Shown: one piece after another, positions 30,024-40,862 of the stretch
Numbering within the stretch: the first letter of the stretch is position 1
Layout: each line of letters starts with the position of its first letter
Source: Candidatus Latescibacterota bacterium
Lineage (GTDB): Bacteria; Latescibacterota; UBA2968
Assembly: GCA_965198115.1 (NCBI GenBank)
Contig: OZ240241.1
Span: 5,696,001 to 5,760,000 of the forward strand
DNA length: 64,000 bases
Reading direction: 5' to 3'
Notes under the pieces: generated by a model
Seen by the model: the letters and a program-made list of their open reading frames with translations, nothing else
Databases searched by the model: none
Told to the model about the DNA's origin: nothing
Translations under genes and position numbers: made by a program

Positions 30024-31252
30024 ATGGTTGATCAGATTCAACGTCTTAAAACACTCATCGAAGAACAACGCGACTATCGCGCGGATTGTCTGAACCTGAT
30101 CGCGTCGGAGAATACGCCGTCGCCATTCGTGGAGAGTCTGATCGTCGAGGAGCTGAACCGGCGATACGGCTTTTACTCGGGGATCGATCCGGGCAATCAG
30201 CATTACCAGGGAGCGCGACACGTTGCGGAGATCGAGAAGCTAGCGCACGAGGCTGCGCGGGATCTGTTCGGGGCGAAGTATGCGGAACTGCGTCTTCTGT
30301 CGGGAAACGTCGCGGGTATTGTCTCGATGTTCGCTTTGGGGAGCCCTGGCGATACGGTGCTGGAGGTGCAGAATGCGCACAGGTATGCCCACAAGCTCAA
30401 TTCCTCCAACCTCAAGGTGGATCTGAAGCCGATTCCGATTCCGTGGGACGGCCAGATCTACAACATCGATCTGCCGAAGACCCTCGGGCTCATTGAGGAA
30501 CACAAGCCGAAGCTGGTCGTGATTGGATCGGCGATGTTTCTGTTTCCGCAGCCAGTCCGTGAGATCAGGAATGCGATGGATGCCCATCGTCCGGATTCCC
30601 TTCTGATCTATGACGCGGCCCACGTGATGGGGCTGATCGCGGGAGGGCGTTTTCAGCAGCCTCTGGCCGAAGGCGCGGATGTTCTGATCACGAGTACGCA
30701 CAAGACGCTGGCGGGGCCCCAGGGCGGCATGATCCTGACGAATGACAAAAGCATTGCCGAGCGCGTAGCTACTGCCACGGCCCCCCTGATCATTGCGAAC
30801 CACCATCTGGCGCGAATCCCGGCACTTGCTGCGACGTTCATCGAGTGGAAGGCGTGTGTGGGAGCGCCTATGCGGATGCGATTGTGGGGAATGCGAAGGC
30901 CCTTGGAAAGGCGCTCGACGAACGAGGGGTCCCGATCGTGGGTTCCGACAATGGATACACCGAGTCCCACACGCTGATGGCGGTGGTCGATGCATTCGGT
31001 GAGGGGAAGACCATCGCGGACAAACTCGAATCGTGTCATGTCATCGTTGGTGGGACGACTGTCCCCGAAGAACACGGCCAGCACGGTCTCCGGATCGGCG
31101 TGCAGGAAGTGTCGCGCTACGGCATGACACCGGAGGACGCAGGGCTGGTCGCGGATTGTATCGTCGACGGGATGAAGGGAGTGGAGGGCGTGAAGGGTCG
31201 GGTGGTTGAGTTGGCCAGGAGATTCACCCAGGTTCGGTTTACTGTGGCTTAA
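30024..31252 (+). CDS. glyA: Serine hydroxymethyltransferase-like protein; 2-nt frameshift in a GT run near 30857
   Basis: LNLIASEN, YDAAHVMGLIAGG, STHKTLAGPQGG; C-terminus (YADAIVGNAKAL, TESH, GLRIG) in ORF 30845-31252. Confidence 0.82.
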
Positions 31253-31276
31253 GCGCCAACGGCGCGTCATACCTTA

Positions 31277-32538
31277 GTGCATGGTTTCATAAATATTATT
31301 ACGTATGTTCTGAACATTATTTGTAGCTTATGTTCTCCTTCAAAAGGAGGAGAACAATGCCAAGACGTTCGCCTTATGTGGTGCTACTGTCTGAGAAGGA
31401 ACGGGTCGACCTCGAGCGAATGGCTGGACAATATACGTTACCGTATTATCAAGTGATCCGATCGAAAATCGTGCTTCTCGCCGCCGAGGGATTATCCAAC
31501 AAGATTATCGCCCAACGGTTGGATGTCCCGCGTCCGATCGTAAGCAAATGGCGTAAGCGCTTTTTCGAAGAGCGTCTTTCGGGACTCGAAGATAGATCTC
31601 GTCCCGGGCGCCCGCCCGGTTTTCCCCCCTCAGGTGGTCGTTCAGATCAAGGCGCTGGCGTGTGAACTACCGAGCGAGAGCGGGATACCGCTCTCGCGGT
31701 TCAGCTGTTCCGAGATTGCCGCCGAGGCAGTGCAAAGGGGCTTCGTTGCCAAGATCAGCGGCGCCACTGTCTGGCGCTGGTTGAACGAGGACGCGATTCG
31801 TCCTTGGTATCATCGCTCCTGGATTTTCCCACGGGACCCGGACTTCCAAACCAAAGCAGGTAGAGTCCTTGATCTGTATCACCGCCAATGGCAAGGAAAG
31901 CCTTTAGGGCCGAGGGAATATGTACTTTCTGCCGACGAAAAGACCAGTATTCAAGCACGAGCTCGCAAGCACGTTACCCTACCGCCAGCCTCGAACAGAG
32001 CGGCACGCGTTGAAACACGAATACGAGCGGAAAGGAGCCCTGGCCTATCTGGCTGCTCTCGACGTGCACAATGGTCGAATCTTCGGTCTCTGTGAGTCTT
32101 CTTCGGGTATCGAGCCCTTCAACCGGCTCCTGAGCCTGATCATGAGCCGGAAACCCTATTGCTCGGCAAAGAAAGTCTACCTCATCGTGGATAATGGCTC
32201 CTCGCACCGAGGGCAAACATGCATCGACCGTATCCAGGGGAAGTGGCCAAACATCCACCCCGTTCACCTTCCGATCCACGCAAGCTGGCTCAATCAGATC
32301 GAGATCTACTTCTCGATCCTCAAACGCAAGGCTCTGACACCTATCGAATTTGCATCGCTCGAAGAGCTTGAGGCAAGAATCCTCGGTTTTCAGGAACGCT
32401 ACGGACGTATCGCCACACCCTTCAAATGGAAGTTCACACGAACAGATCTCGCGGAGATGATCGACAAACTCAGGTTCTACGATACGCCCTTGGCAAAGTC
32501 TGCTTAGAATACGTCACCGTATTTGAGAACAGGAGTAC
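31277..32538 (+). mobile_element. IS630-family IS inserted in a family E REPIN
   Basis: Imperfect IRs gtgc..aaata..tacgtat / atacgt..tattt..gtac; TTA on both flanks (31274-31276, 32539-32541). Confidence 0.85.
31357..32507 (+). CDS. IS630 transposase (orfA HTH plus orfB DDE by -1 frameshift; extra indel near 32014)
   Basis: RPGRP then slippery TTTTCCCCC near 31620; SADEKT, VDNGSSH, SWLNQIEIYF. Confidence 0.85.
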
Positions 32539-32717
32539 TTAGCCCAGGGGCGCAGCCCTGGGGTTCAATGGAGTTGTCAATGTCGTACGGCCTGTAGGGC
32601 CGTGATAGATTTTCACGCGTGGCCCGATCGCGGGCCTTCAGCCCGCACGATGTCTTTCTGAAAATGATCGCACCCAGCCCGTTGGGCTGGGCTATTGCGG
32701 ACCCTTGGCCCGCTCAG
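32539..32717. repeat. REPIN family E (part downstream of IS630)
   Basis: cggcctgtagggccgtgat...cccagcccgttgggctgggct. Confidence 0.75.
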
Positions 32718-32748
32718 ACACAATCGATGACCGAGAGAGGAGACTGAC

Positions 32749-33753
32749 ATGAAAACCTACCTCGAAGGATGCGGCGTACCGACAGAGCGAGTGGGAAAGG
32801 CGGAGGTGCCCCGACTCATCATGGGTATCCATCCATATGACGGATGCTCCTACCAGAATCCGAAACGGGATGAGCAGAACGGGGCTGCGTTCAGTCGAGT
32901 GTCCGCAGTTTCTGACGTGATTCGGTGCGCTGTGGAAGAGGGGGGCGTGACGGCTGTTCAGGTCGACCACATGCTGCCCGTCCTCGACCGGCTACATCTG
33001 CAGGCGGTGTGGGAGACGCAGCACATGACGCAGACGGAGATCGGACTTGTCGCTTATATCCTGATTCCGGTGATGCTGGATGGCGATCAGTGCTCCTATT
33101 CCCCACGTGCCCACGCGACGTTCTATGCCCACGACGAGCGAATCGGGGGCGATGTCTTTCGCGAACACATCCGCACCGACCCGATCGTTCGGTACAACAT
33201 CGGAGACGGTGAGCTGGTAACGCCGGAGACGGTTGCGCCGTATACGGAGGAAGAGGCGAGTCGGTTCGAGATCGACTATGGTGTCCTGGAGCAATACCTC
33301 GGCTTCTTCGCAGGGTGTGATATCCTCGTGGCCGATCCGGGTGCAGAGATCGATCTGCTCGCGATGACGGGGCGATTCGATCTGATCAGGGAATACATCG
33401 GATTTCTGCGAAAGCGATTCGATACGGTCATCACGAGCGTCCACCACGCCGGTGTGACGTTGCCCTTACTCGAACAGGAGAAAATCCCGGTTGATGGGTA
33501 TCTCACGACGGTCAACCAACCGGGGACGTTCATGTTCCCCTCCCGTGACCTCGTGATCGATGCGATCAAGAATGCGAGCAAGCCGGTGATCGCGATCAAA
33601 CCGATGGCGGGTGGACGTTACCTCGGACATCAGGCTTTCGACTTCGTGTTCAACGAGGTGGGTGTTGCGGCGTCGATGTTCGGGATGGGGACGGTGGATC
33701 AGGTGAGGGAGACGATGGGGGCGGCGCGGGATGTGCTGGGCGTGGCTGCCTGA
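32749..33753 (+). CDS. Hypothetical protein, aldo/keto-reductase-like TIM barrel
   Basis: VPRLIMG near N-terminus, KPVIAIKPMAGGR, GMGT near C-terminus; RBS gaggag. Confidence 0.6.
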   Translation: MKTYLEGCGVPTERVGKAEVPRLIMGIHPYDGCSYQNPKRDEQNGAAFSRVSAVSDVIRCAVEEGGVTAVQVDHMLPVLDRLHLQAVWETQHMTQTEIGLVAYILIPVMLDGDQCSYSPRAHATFYAHDERIGGDVFREHIRTDPIVRYNIGDGELVTPETVAPYTEEEASRFEIDYGVLEQYLGFFAGCDILVADPGAEIDLLAMTGRFDLIREYIGFLRKRFDTVITSVHHAGVTLPLLEQEKIPVDGYLTTVNQPGTFMFPSRDLVIDAIKNASKPVIAIKPMAGGRYLGHQAFDFVFNEVGVAASMFGMGTVDQVRETMGAARDVLGVAA

Positions 33754-33857
33754 AAAAAACTTACCACTGAGGTCACGGAAAACACGGAGAAAAGCTGGAA
33801 GGGGCAAGTCTGAGGCCGGTGATGGCTATCTGTCTTTCGACGATTTGAGGTCGAGAT

Positions 33858-34577
33858 TTGGACCGACACGTTTTGATCACCGGCGCCGCCGGACTATTCG
33901 GCGGCATCCTGCGGTCGCACTGGGGAGATCGATACCGTCTTCGGCTGGCCGACATCAGCCCGATCGAGGACCTGACTGAGCACGAAACCTTCGTCGAGAT
34001 GGACATTACAGATGTCGATGGGTTCGTGGACGTGTGCCGCGACATCGACACGGTGGTCCACCTCGCGGCGTTTCCCGGCGGTGGGGCGGAGTTTTATGAC
34101 ACGCTGCTGCAGCTGAACATCATCGGCGGCTACAACGCCTTTCACGCGGCGCAGACCGCGGGATGTCGACGGCTGGTGTTCGCGAGCACGATTGACGTGG
34201 TCGGAGGCTATGCGGATGAGGCGGATGTGGCGTGGGACAGACCCGTTCGCCCTACGAGCGTCTACGGTGCGACAAAATGTTGGGGCGAGGCGCTAGGGCG
34301 GGTTTACGCACACGAGCACAGTCTGTCCTGCATCTGTGTGCGGCTCTGCAATCCGATGTTCAGACAGGATGGCGACTGGGATCCGGACGATCTGAGGTCG
34401 GGCATCAGCACCAGAGACGCCGCCTCGTTGATCGGACGATGCGTGGATGTGGGAGATGTCGACTTCGCGATTGTCAACGGGATCTCGAATCACCGTCGAG
34501 GTCGGCTGGACGTGGAAATCTCACGAGAGGTGCTGGGTTACGAGCCTCAGGACGGTACGGCGTTCCCGAAGACCTGA
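33858..34577 (+). CDS. NAD-dependent epimerase/dehydratase (uronate-dehydrogenase-like)
   Basis: ITGAAG, VVHLAA, YGATK, LGYEPQD. Confidence 0.85.
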   Translation: MDRHVLITGAAGLFGGILRSHWGDRYRLRLADISPIEDLTEHETFVEMDITDVDGFVDVCRDIDTVVHLAAFPGGGAEFYDTLLQLNIIGGYNAFHAAQTAGCRRLVFASTIDVVGGYADEADVAWDRPVRPTSVYGATKCWGEALGRVYAHEHSLSCICVRLCNPMFRQDGDWDPDDLRSGISTRDAASLIGRCVDVGDVDFAIVNGISNHRRGRLDVEISREVLGYEPQDGTAFPKT

Positions 34578-34739
34578 TTGAAACCACAGATCACGCAGAA
34601 CACGCCGAGAAAAAGGGGAAAGCCTACTCAGACCGATCACCCTGAGTAGGCGCATAGCGGGTGGTGATAAGTCAGGGGATGGCCAATCCAGCCGATCGCC
34701 GTATCGAAGGGCGATCGGTCTTGCACTGTACCGGTCGTC

Positions 34740-34844
34740 CCTTCGACTCCGCTCAGGGCAGACTCTTCGATACAACCTGACCCTGAGTTTTCTCAGTGGG
34801 CTTTGCCGCTACTGATGCTTTGATGAGGTCACTCTGGATGACCG
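34740..34844. repeat. Family D repeat preceded by the 23-nt hairpin module
   Basis: ccttcgactccgctcagggcaga then cttcgatacaacctg...gatgaggtcactctggatga. Confidence 0.75.
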
Positions 34845-34863
34845 TTAGCTCGCTGCTTCCGCA

Positions 34864-35613
34864 TTACCATGCAGCGATGGGGTTGCCCGGCGATCCGGTG
34901 GCGCCGACGAGTTTCAAGGGCGCCCAGGTGAACAGGAACTCGTAGGCCTTTGCGCCTGACAACGCATCCAGGTCGAGGTTCTCGAAATTGGTGATGCCCC
35001 GTCGGGCGACCAAGTTCATGTGGCCGTAAGCGAATGACTCGGGATCGCCGAGCGTTTCGGTGTTGTAGGGTTCTAGGCCCCACGTGTCCGATCCGACCAT
35101 GGAGATGTTCATTTCTGCGAGGTGGTCGCAAACTTCGGGGCTGACGCCTGGCTCGCCCGAGCCGAATTCGGCGTGATCTGCAGCCCGCTCTTCGGGTAGC
35201 CGCGTGTAGTCCTTCCAGAGACTGTTCCATCCCGTCCGGAACAGCACGACGTCTCCCTTGCCCGCATCGTCGATGCCCTGTGCCTTCAACGCAGCTTTGT
35301 AATCCGCCATCGTGATCGCGTAGCCCTTCGCGAGACGGTCCACGCCTTTGAGCGCCGCGATGTTGATGAGGATGCCGCGCGCGAAGAATCCGACTTCGGC
35401 GATGTGCTCGGTTCCCGCCTTCTGTAGGCCCCTGGGTCCCCCCACGTCCTCCAGACGGTGACCGTTATAGAAGTAGTTGCCGTCTTTCCAACCTTCGACG
35501 TCCTGGATACGGATCATGGGATGGCCAAGTCCGTCCCATTGGGTTCCGACCTGCCCGATCTCTGCGGTGACGAGCTCATCCATGAACGTCATGTCGAAGT
35601 GCTCGCCCGGCCA
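34864..35613 (-). pseudogene. Cyclase (kynurenine-formamidase-like) family gene, 3' part
   Basis: GTQWDGLGH, GDVVLFRTGW, EPG, GSDTWGLE, ENLDL, GATGSPGNP; begins at the IS200 right end. Confidence 0.85.
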
Positions 35614-36250
35614 GTCATGACCTCCGGCAAAGCCGGAGGCTTGAAAACTTGTGAACCGCTCAAAGCGGTTGGAAACCAAGCGCCACCTAAAGGTGGCGAT
35701 TACCTGAAAATGTTGAGCTGGTCGAGACGCCGGTCCTCCCGCTCCTGGTTCTGGATATACTCCCGAACCGTCTGTTCATCCTTGCCAACGGTGGAGACCC
35801 AGTAGCCTCTTGCCCAGAAATGCTGCCCGGTGAAGTTCGACCTGCGTCCCAGATAGTTCCGAGCAATGTGAATCGCACTCTTTCCTTTGATGAACCCTAC
35901 CGTCTGAGCTACTGAGTGCTTCGGCGGGATCGAAATCAACGTGTGCACATGGTCGGATCGCAGGTGACCCTCTTCCACACGGCATTCCTTCTGTGCGGCC
36001 AGATCCCGAATCACCTCGCCCAGATAGCGACGAATTTCACCATACAACACTTTTCTACGATACTTCCGAACCCAAACAACGTCATACTTGCACTCCCAAA
36101 CCGTGTGACGTAGACTCCTTACGTTGTTCATTAGAGAGCCTTCCTTCCGTGTGCTTTGAGCGGTCCACGGCAAGGGAGGCTCTTACATATTTCTGGAACT
36201 GTCAAACTCTGGGAGTCTCCCCGGCAGAGCCGGGGGCTTACCAAGGTTTA
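35614..36250 (-). mobile_element. IS200/IS605-family IS (tnpA only, 637 bp)
   Basis: Left hairpin ccccggctctgccgggg, right hairpin cctccggctttgccggagg; preceded by TAAC, ends in TGAC, no TSD. Confidence 0.92.
35700..36131 (-). CDS. tnpA: IS200 Y1 transposase
   Basis: KYRRK, DHVH (HUH), SIPPK, GFIKGKS, FWARGY, EYIQNQ. Confidence 0.93.
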   Translation of the reverse strand: MNNVRSLRHTVWECKYDVVWVRKYRRKVLYGEIRRYLGEVIRDLAAQKECRVEEGHLRSDHVHTLISIPPKHSVAQTVGFIKGKSAIHIARNYLGRRSNFTGQHFWARGYWVSTVGKDEQTVREYIQNQEREDRRLDQLNIFR

Positions 36251-36747
36251 GTTATTTCCTGGAGGCTGTCCTGCCCGTCGCAGAAGAGGCCGGCGTTAGA
36301 CTCGGACTCCATCCGGACGACCCACAGATCCCCGTCATCGGTGGTGTCGCTCGAATCATGCGCAGCCCCGAGGCGTTTCGTCGTGTGATCGAGATGGTTC
36401 CCAGCGACAGCAACGGACTGCTCTTCTGCGTCGGATGTTTCACGGAAATGGGTGCAAACGTCCCAGAGGAGCTGCGATATTTTGCCGAGCGCGGGAAAGT
36501 TCACTGGGTTCACTTCAGGAATACGACGGGCACCACTGAGAAATTCGTCGAGACCTTCGCCGACTGTGGCGACACCGACATGTATCAGGCCGCCAAAGCC
36601 CTTCAGGAGACGGGTTACCAGGGCTACCTCACGCCCGATCATCGCCTTCATGTCGAAGGAGACAGCGACTGGGGGCACCGCTATTGGGCCTATGGGCTCG
36701 GTTACAACAAGGCCATCATCATGGCATTACGGTCAGAGCTAGGTTGA
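36251..36747 (+). pseudogene. uxuA: Mannonate dehydratase-like gene, 3' fragment
   Basis: YFLEAVLPVAEEAGVRLGLHPDDP, VHFRN, FVETF..GD.DM, PDH, YGLGY; 5' part absent. Confidence 0.8.
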
Positions 36748-36850
36748 GAAGCGCTACTCAATTCAGAAGAAGGAGTGGAATAGCACCGTCATACTGAGCG
36801 CAGTCGAAGTGTCGGTCGTCGGGTAAGACCCTAGAAGAATGGAGTCAATA

Positions 36851-37164
36851 ATGGTCCATGGTTTCAGACCTGTAAACCTCGCCCTCGCTACAGCGCTCAC
36901 GATCGGGGGTCTGTCTCTTCCCTCCATCGCTGGAAACAACCCCGTCGACGAAAACTGGTGGCCAAGCCAGTTCGGCGCCGAAGACCTTGTCGGAGCAGTG
37001 AATACGATCACACCAGAGAAGCGCGTGGCGGCCGCAAAGCTCGTGAAGAAAGGCATGACCGCTACGCTCGGTATGCCCTACTACAACGGCATGCCGCTCG
37101 TCCCTGGGAGAACGTTCGCGCTCAGCATCCCGGGTGGTGGCACCCCCACACACGGCCACTTAAC
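36851..37164 (+). pseudogene. Cyclase family gene, 5' part with signal peptide
   Basis: WWPSQFGAEDLVGAVNTITPEK...AAKLVKKG; ends at the TAAC IS target. Confidence 0.85.
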
Positions 37165-37450
37165 TAAACCTTGGTAAGCCCCCGGCTCTGCCGGGGAGAC
37201 TCCCAGAGTTTGACAGTTCCAGAAATATGTAAGAGCCTCCCTTGCCGTGGACCGCTCAAAGCACACGGAAGGAAGGCTCTCTAATGAACAACGTAAGGAG
37301 TCTACGTCACACGGTTTGGGAGTGCAAGTATGACGTTGTTTGGGTTCGGAAGTATCGTAGAAAAGTGTTGTATGGTGAAATTCGTCGCTATCTGGGCGAG
37401 GTGATTCGGGATCTGGCCGCACAGAAGGAATGCCGTGTGGAAGAGGGTCA
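37165..37450 (+). mobile_element. Truncated IS200 copy (left end plus 5' tnpA), inverted relative to 35614-36250
   Basis: Matches the reverse complement of 35965-36250. Confidence 0.92.
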
Positions 37451-38247
37451 TCCGCGATCCAGGTCGCGCAGTCCGGCGTTTCGAGCGAAGGGTCGGAGGG
37501 GCATCGGGCCACGAACCCCGGGATGTACCAGCGTCCGGTCGGCTGGCCCACGGCCTGGTAGCGCAGGTCCATGCTCCACCGGACCGTATCGGTGTTGTTC
37601 ACCAGGGAGCCGTGCGGCAGCATGCTCGTGAACATGACCATGCTTCCGGCGGACGTCGGCAGGGGTTCGCGCTGCTCCTCGGGTACCTCCTCCGGAAACA
37701 TGTAGAGCATGTCCCGCCACTCGTATCGAAGTACGCCCTCCTTGTGGCGTCCTCGGGCGACCCATAGACAGCCGTTTTCCTCGCTCGTGTCGACGAGTGG
37801 GATCAGGCACGCCACGATGAGGGTGTTGTCCCCATCCGGGAGGTAGTAGGCTGCATCCTGATGGGGGATGGTCCGACCGCCGGGAAGTCGGGGATGCAAG
37901 TTATAGGAGGCGTGGCAGAGGATGTCTGGCCCGACGAGTGACTCGACGCGATCCAGAATCTTCGGGTGCTTCAAGAAGGCAAAGAGCGCTTCGCCTTTGT
38001 GGGCGCGTGTCTGTAGAGCGGCTGCTGCCTCCGGTGCTTCTGCCGCAACCTTTGCCATTCGAGTCTCGAACGGTTCGCCGTCGTAGAGATCGCTCAGCTT
38101 TCCTTCCTTAGAAAGGCGCTGCGCCTCCCGGTCGACAACGACGCTGAATTCGTCCTTGACCGGCTGAAGGTCCTCTTCCATGAACAGGTCCCCGATGACG
38201 AGGCAGCCTTCCTGATCGAACGTTTCGAGCTGTTCGGATGTCAGCAT
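37451..38247 (-). pseudogene. PhyH-family dioxygenase, 3' end replaced by IS200 sequence
   Basis: HQDAAY, ENGCL, HGS..N.TDTVRWSMDLRYQ; frame runs into antisense IS200. Confidence 0.8.
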
Positions 38248-38257
38248 TGTGATCCTT

Positions 38258-39028
38258 TCACGCTGATTTCACAGCCTTGGTATCCTGGTTGAGCTGAGTG
38301 AGTGCGGTGCGAAAGACGCTCTCCGGGGAGCCGATGCACAGAAAGTGGTAGCCTTCCTTCGCCAACGTCTCACCGTCTCCAATGCGCCACATGGTCTTGC
38401 CGACCTTTTTGCCGGCAGCACGGATCTTTTGAACGGCGTCCTGGACCTTCGGATGGTCCATCTCAAAACAGACCCCGAGATCGGCCGACAGATCGTACGG
38501 ACCGATGGCGATGGCAGTTGTGATTTCGTGCGCGGCGATAGCGTCGACGTTGTCGAGCCCTACTCGCGTTTCAATCTGCGGGAGGATGATGAAATCGTCT
38601 TCGACCTCGCTCTTCCACGTTTCGTAACGGAAATCAGGCGCCACCCAATAGTTGCCTGGGCCGCCGGGCCGTCGCTGCCCTCGTGGCGGCATGTAAATGC
38701 TGTCGCGAACGTCGTCGAGCTGAGTTGCGGACTCGATGCTGGGCAGCAGGAAGCCGCACGGTCCCCGGTCGATAGCCTGGCGGATCGTGGCGTAGGACGT
38801 GTCGATCGTTCTGATCAGGACTGGAAAGTCGACCATCCGTCCTAAAGCACACACGCGTGCGACGAGGTCGTTGCTGTGAGCGCCGTGCTCCTGGTCGATG
38901 ATGAGGTAGTCGGTGTCGGTGAGCTGAAGGTATTCGATCATTTCCGGCCACAGTTGGTCCATCGCCAGAAGACCCGTCGTGATCTCACCCTTTGCGACTT
39001 TGGCCATCAGTTTTCTTGCTGCTTCCAT
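38258..39028 (-). CDS. HpcH/HpaI aldolase family protein
   Basis: IDQEHG, PPRGQR, QIET, IGPYDLS. Confidence 0.88.
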   Translation of the reverse strand: MEAARKLMAKVAKGEITTGLLAMDQLWPEMIEYLQLTDTDYLIIDQEHGAHSNDLVARVCALGRMVDFPVLIRTIDTSYATIRQAIDRGPCGFLLPSIESATQLDDVRDSIYMPPRGQRRPGGPGNYWVAPDFRYETWKSEVEDDFIILPQIETRVGLDNVDAIAAHEITTAIAIGPYDLSADLGVCFEMDHPKVQDAVQKIRAAGKKVGKTMWRIGDGETLAKEGYHFLCIGSPESVFRTALTQLNQDTKAVKSA

Positions 39029-39204
39029 CTGTTGGTTCCTTTCGTAATGAAAACCTTTCAACGCAGGGAACGCAGAGATCGCAGGGGATGCAAGGGTACA
39101 ATTGGCCTACCGATGTCCGGATGGGCAGAGCCGAGACGTGGGTTGACGAGGTGGGGTGTCTGGACGACCTTGCAGGGCCGTTTCACGCATAGTGGGGATG
39201 GGTG

Positions 39205-40615
39205 GTGTCTGACCAGTCGGAGGGGTTATGGTCACGACCCGAGAAACAGCACGCAGACGATCCGTATGCGTTGAATCCAGAGGCGATTCAGGAGCCTCCG
39301 GAGGATTTTGCCGGTCGGCTGAGGTTCCTTGGGCCCGGTCTGATCCTGGTAGGGGGGGTGGTCGGATCCGGAGAGATCATCCTGACGACGACCCTCGGGT
39401 CGCTTGTCGGTTTTTCCATGCTGTGGTTCGTGCTCGTGAGTTGCTGGAGCAAGAACATCGTCCAGGCCGAACTCGGGCGATTCACCGTTTCTTCGGGTGA
39501 GCCGTTCCTTCACGCCTTCAACCGGTTGCCAGGGAAGCTACCGGCTTTCAAGGGTAAGAAGGTTTCGTGGTATATCTACTTCTGGGTGCTTTGGATCCTT
39601 CCGGACATGCTTGTCGGGGGTGGTGTCTATGGGGGTGCGGGCCAGGCCGTGCACTCCGCCGCACCTTTTTTGGGATCGGAATGGTGGACGGTCATCCTTG
39701 CTGCGCTGGCTTGTATCATCATCCTCTCCGGGACCTACCAGTTTTTGGAAAAGCTTCTGACGACGCTGGTGGTCACGTTTACGCTCATTACCGTGACGTG
39801 CGCCATTTTGCTGCAGATGACAGACTACGCGATTACGTGGGACGAGGTCTACGGTGGATTGACGTTTGGATTCCCGGCGTTCGCGATATTGGCGGCGCTG
39901 GCCATGTATGGCGGCACGGGTGTGAGCACCTCCGAGCAAATCTTACACCTACTGGTGCGTTGAGAAAGGATATGCGCGGTTCTCTGGCCCCCCGGATGAT
40001 TCGGAAGGGTGGGTTCGACGCGCGAAAGGGTGGATCAAGGTTATGCAGACGGACGTCAAGCTCACGTTGCTTCTTCTGACGTGCGCAACGATTCCTTTCT
40101 ACATGCTTGGCGCCGGGGTCCTCTACCGGCTGAATGCCCACCCCGACGGTCTCGAGACGATCTCCGTACTGTCCAACATGTATACGGAGACGCTGGGTGA
40201 GTGGGCGTTCTGGCTGTTTCTGGTGGGGGCGTTCTTCGTTCTGTATTCGACGGCCGTGTCGGGATTGGGGGCCGGGGTGCGTGTGTTCGCGGACGGGATG
40301 GTGGTCCTGGGTCTGATCGAGCGAAACGACTACCCGACACGGGTCAAGATTCTGCGAGTCTGGGCGGTGGCCACGCCACTGATTACGTCTTCCGCCTATT
40401 TCTACTTTCAGAACCCGGTGTGGATGCTGACGATCGGACAGCTCCTCAAAGCGATTAAATACCCATTGATGGCGGGTGGTACGATTTACCTGCGATACAG
40501 ACATCTCGATCCGCGAATCGCTCCGGGATGGAAAGCGGATCTGCTTCTGTGGGTGTGCTTCGGGATCATGATCGGATTGGCGATGTGGATCTTATATACG
40601 AAGTTCATCGCGTAG
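39205..40615 (+). CDS. Nramp-like/YcsG-type membrane transporter; 1-nt frameshift near 39940
   Basis: LGPGLIL...VGSGE; YTYWCVEKGYAR lies in the shifted frame; C-terminal TMs in ORF 40043-40615. Confidence 0.8.
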
Positions 40616-40862
40616 GAACTTGGGAACCACCGATCACACAGAACACACGGAAGGAAACCCAAAGACAGCCACTGAGGTCGCTGAGAAAGCTGAGACTAAT
40701 CACGAAGATCATGGAGAAAGACAGGGACGAACCACGCGGGTACCGAGAGCACGAAGGAAAGCTTAGCTTAGGGTCGAACACCGTCACACTGAGCGCAGTC
40801 GAAGTGTCGGTTATCACGCAATGAATTGCAGCTCCCTGATCTTAACCACATCGAGGCCAGAT

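Noticed and set aside
34864-35679. 271-aa ORF as an intact cyclase, and 37081-38247 as a 388-aa fusion protein
   Set aside because: Their extra termini are translations of IS200 sequence
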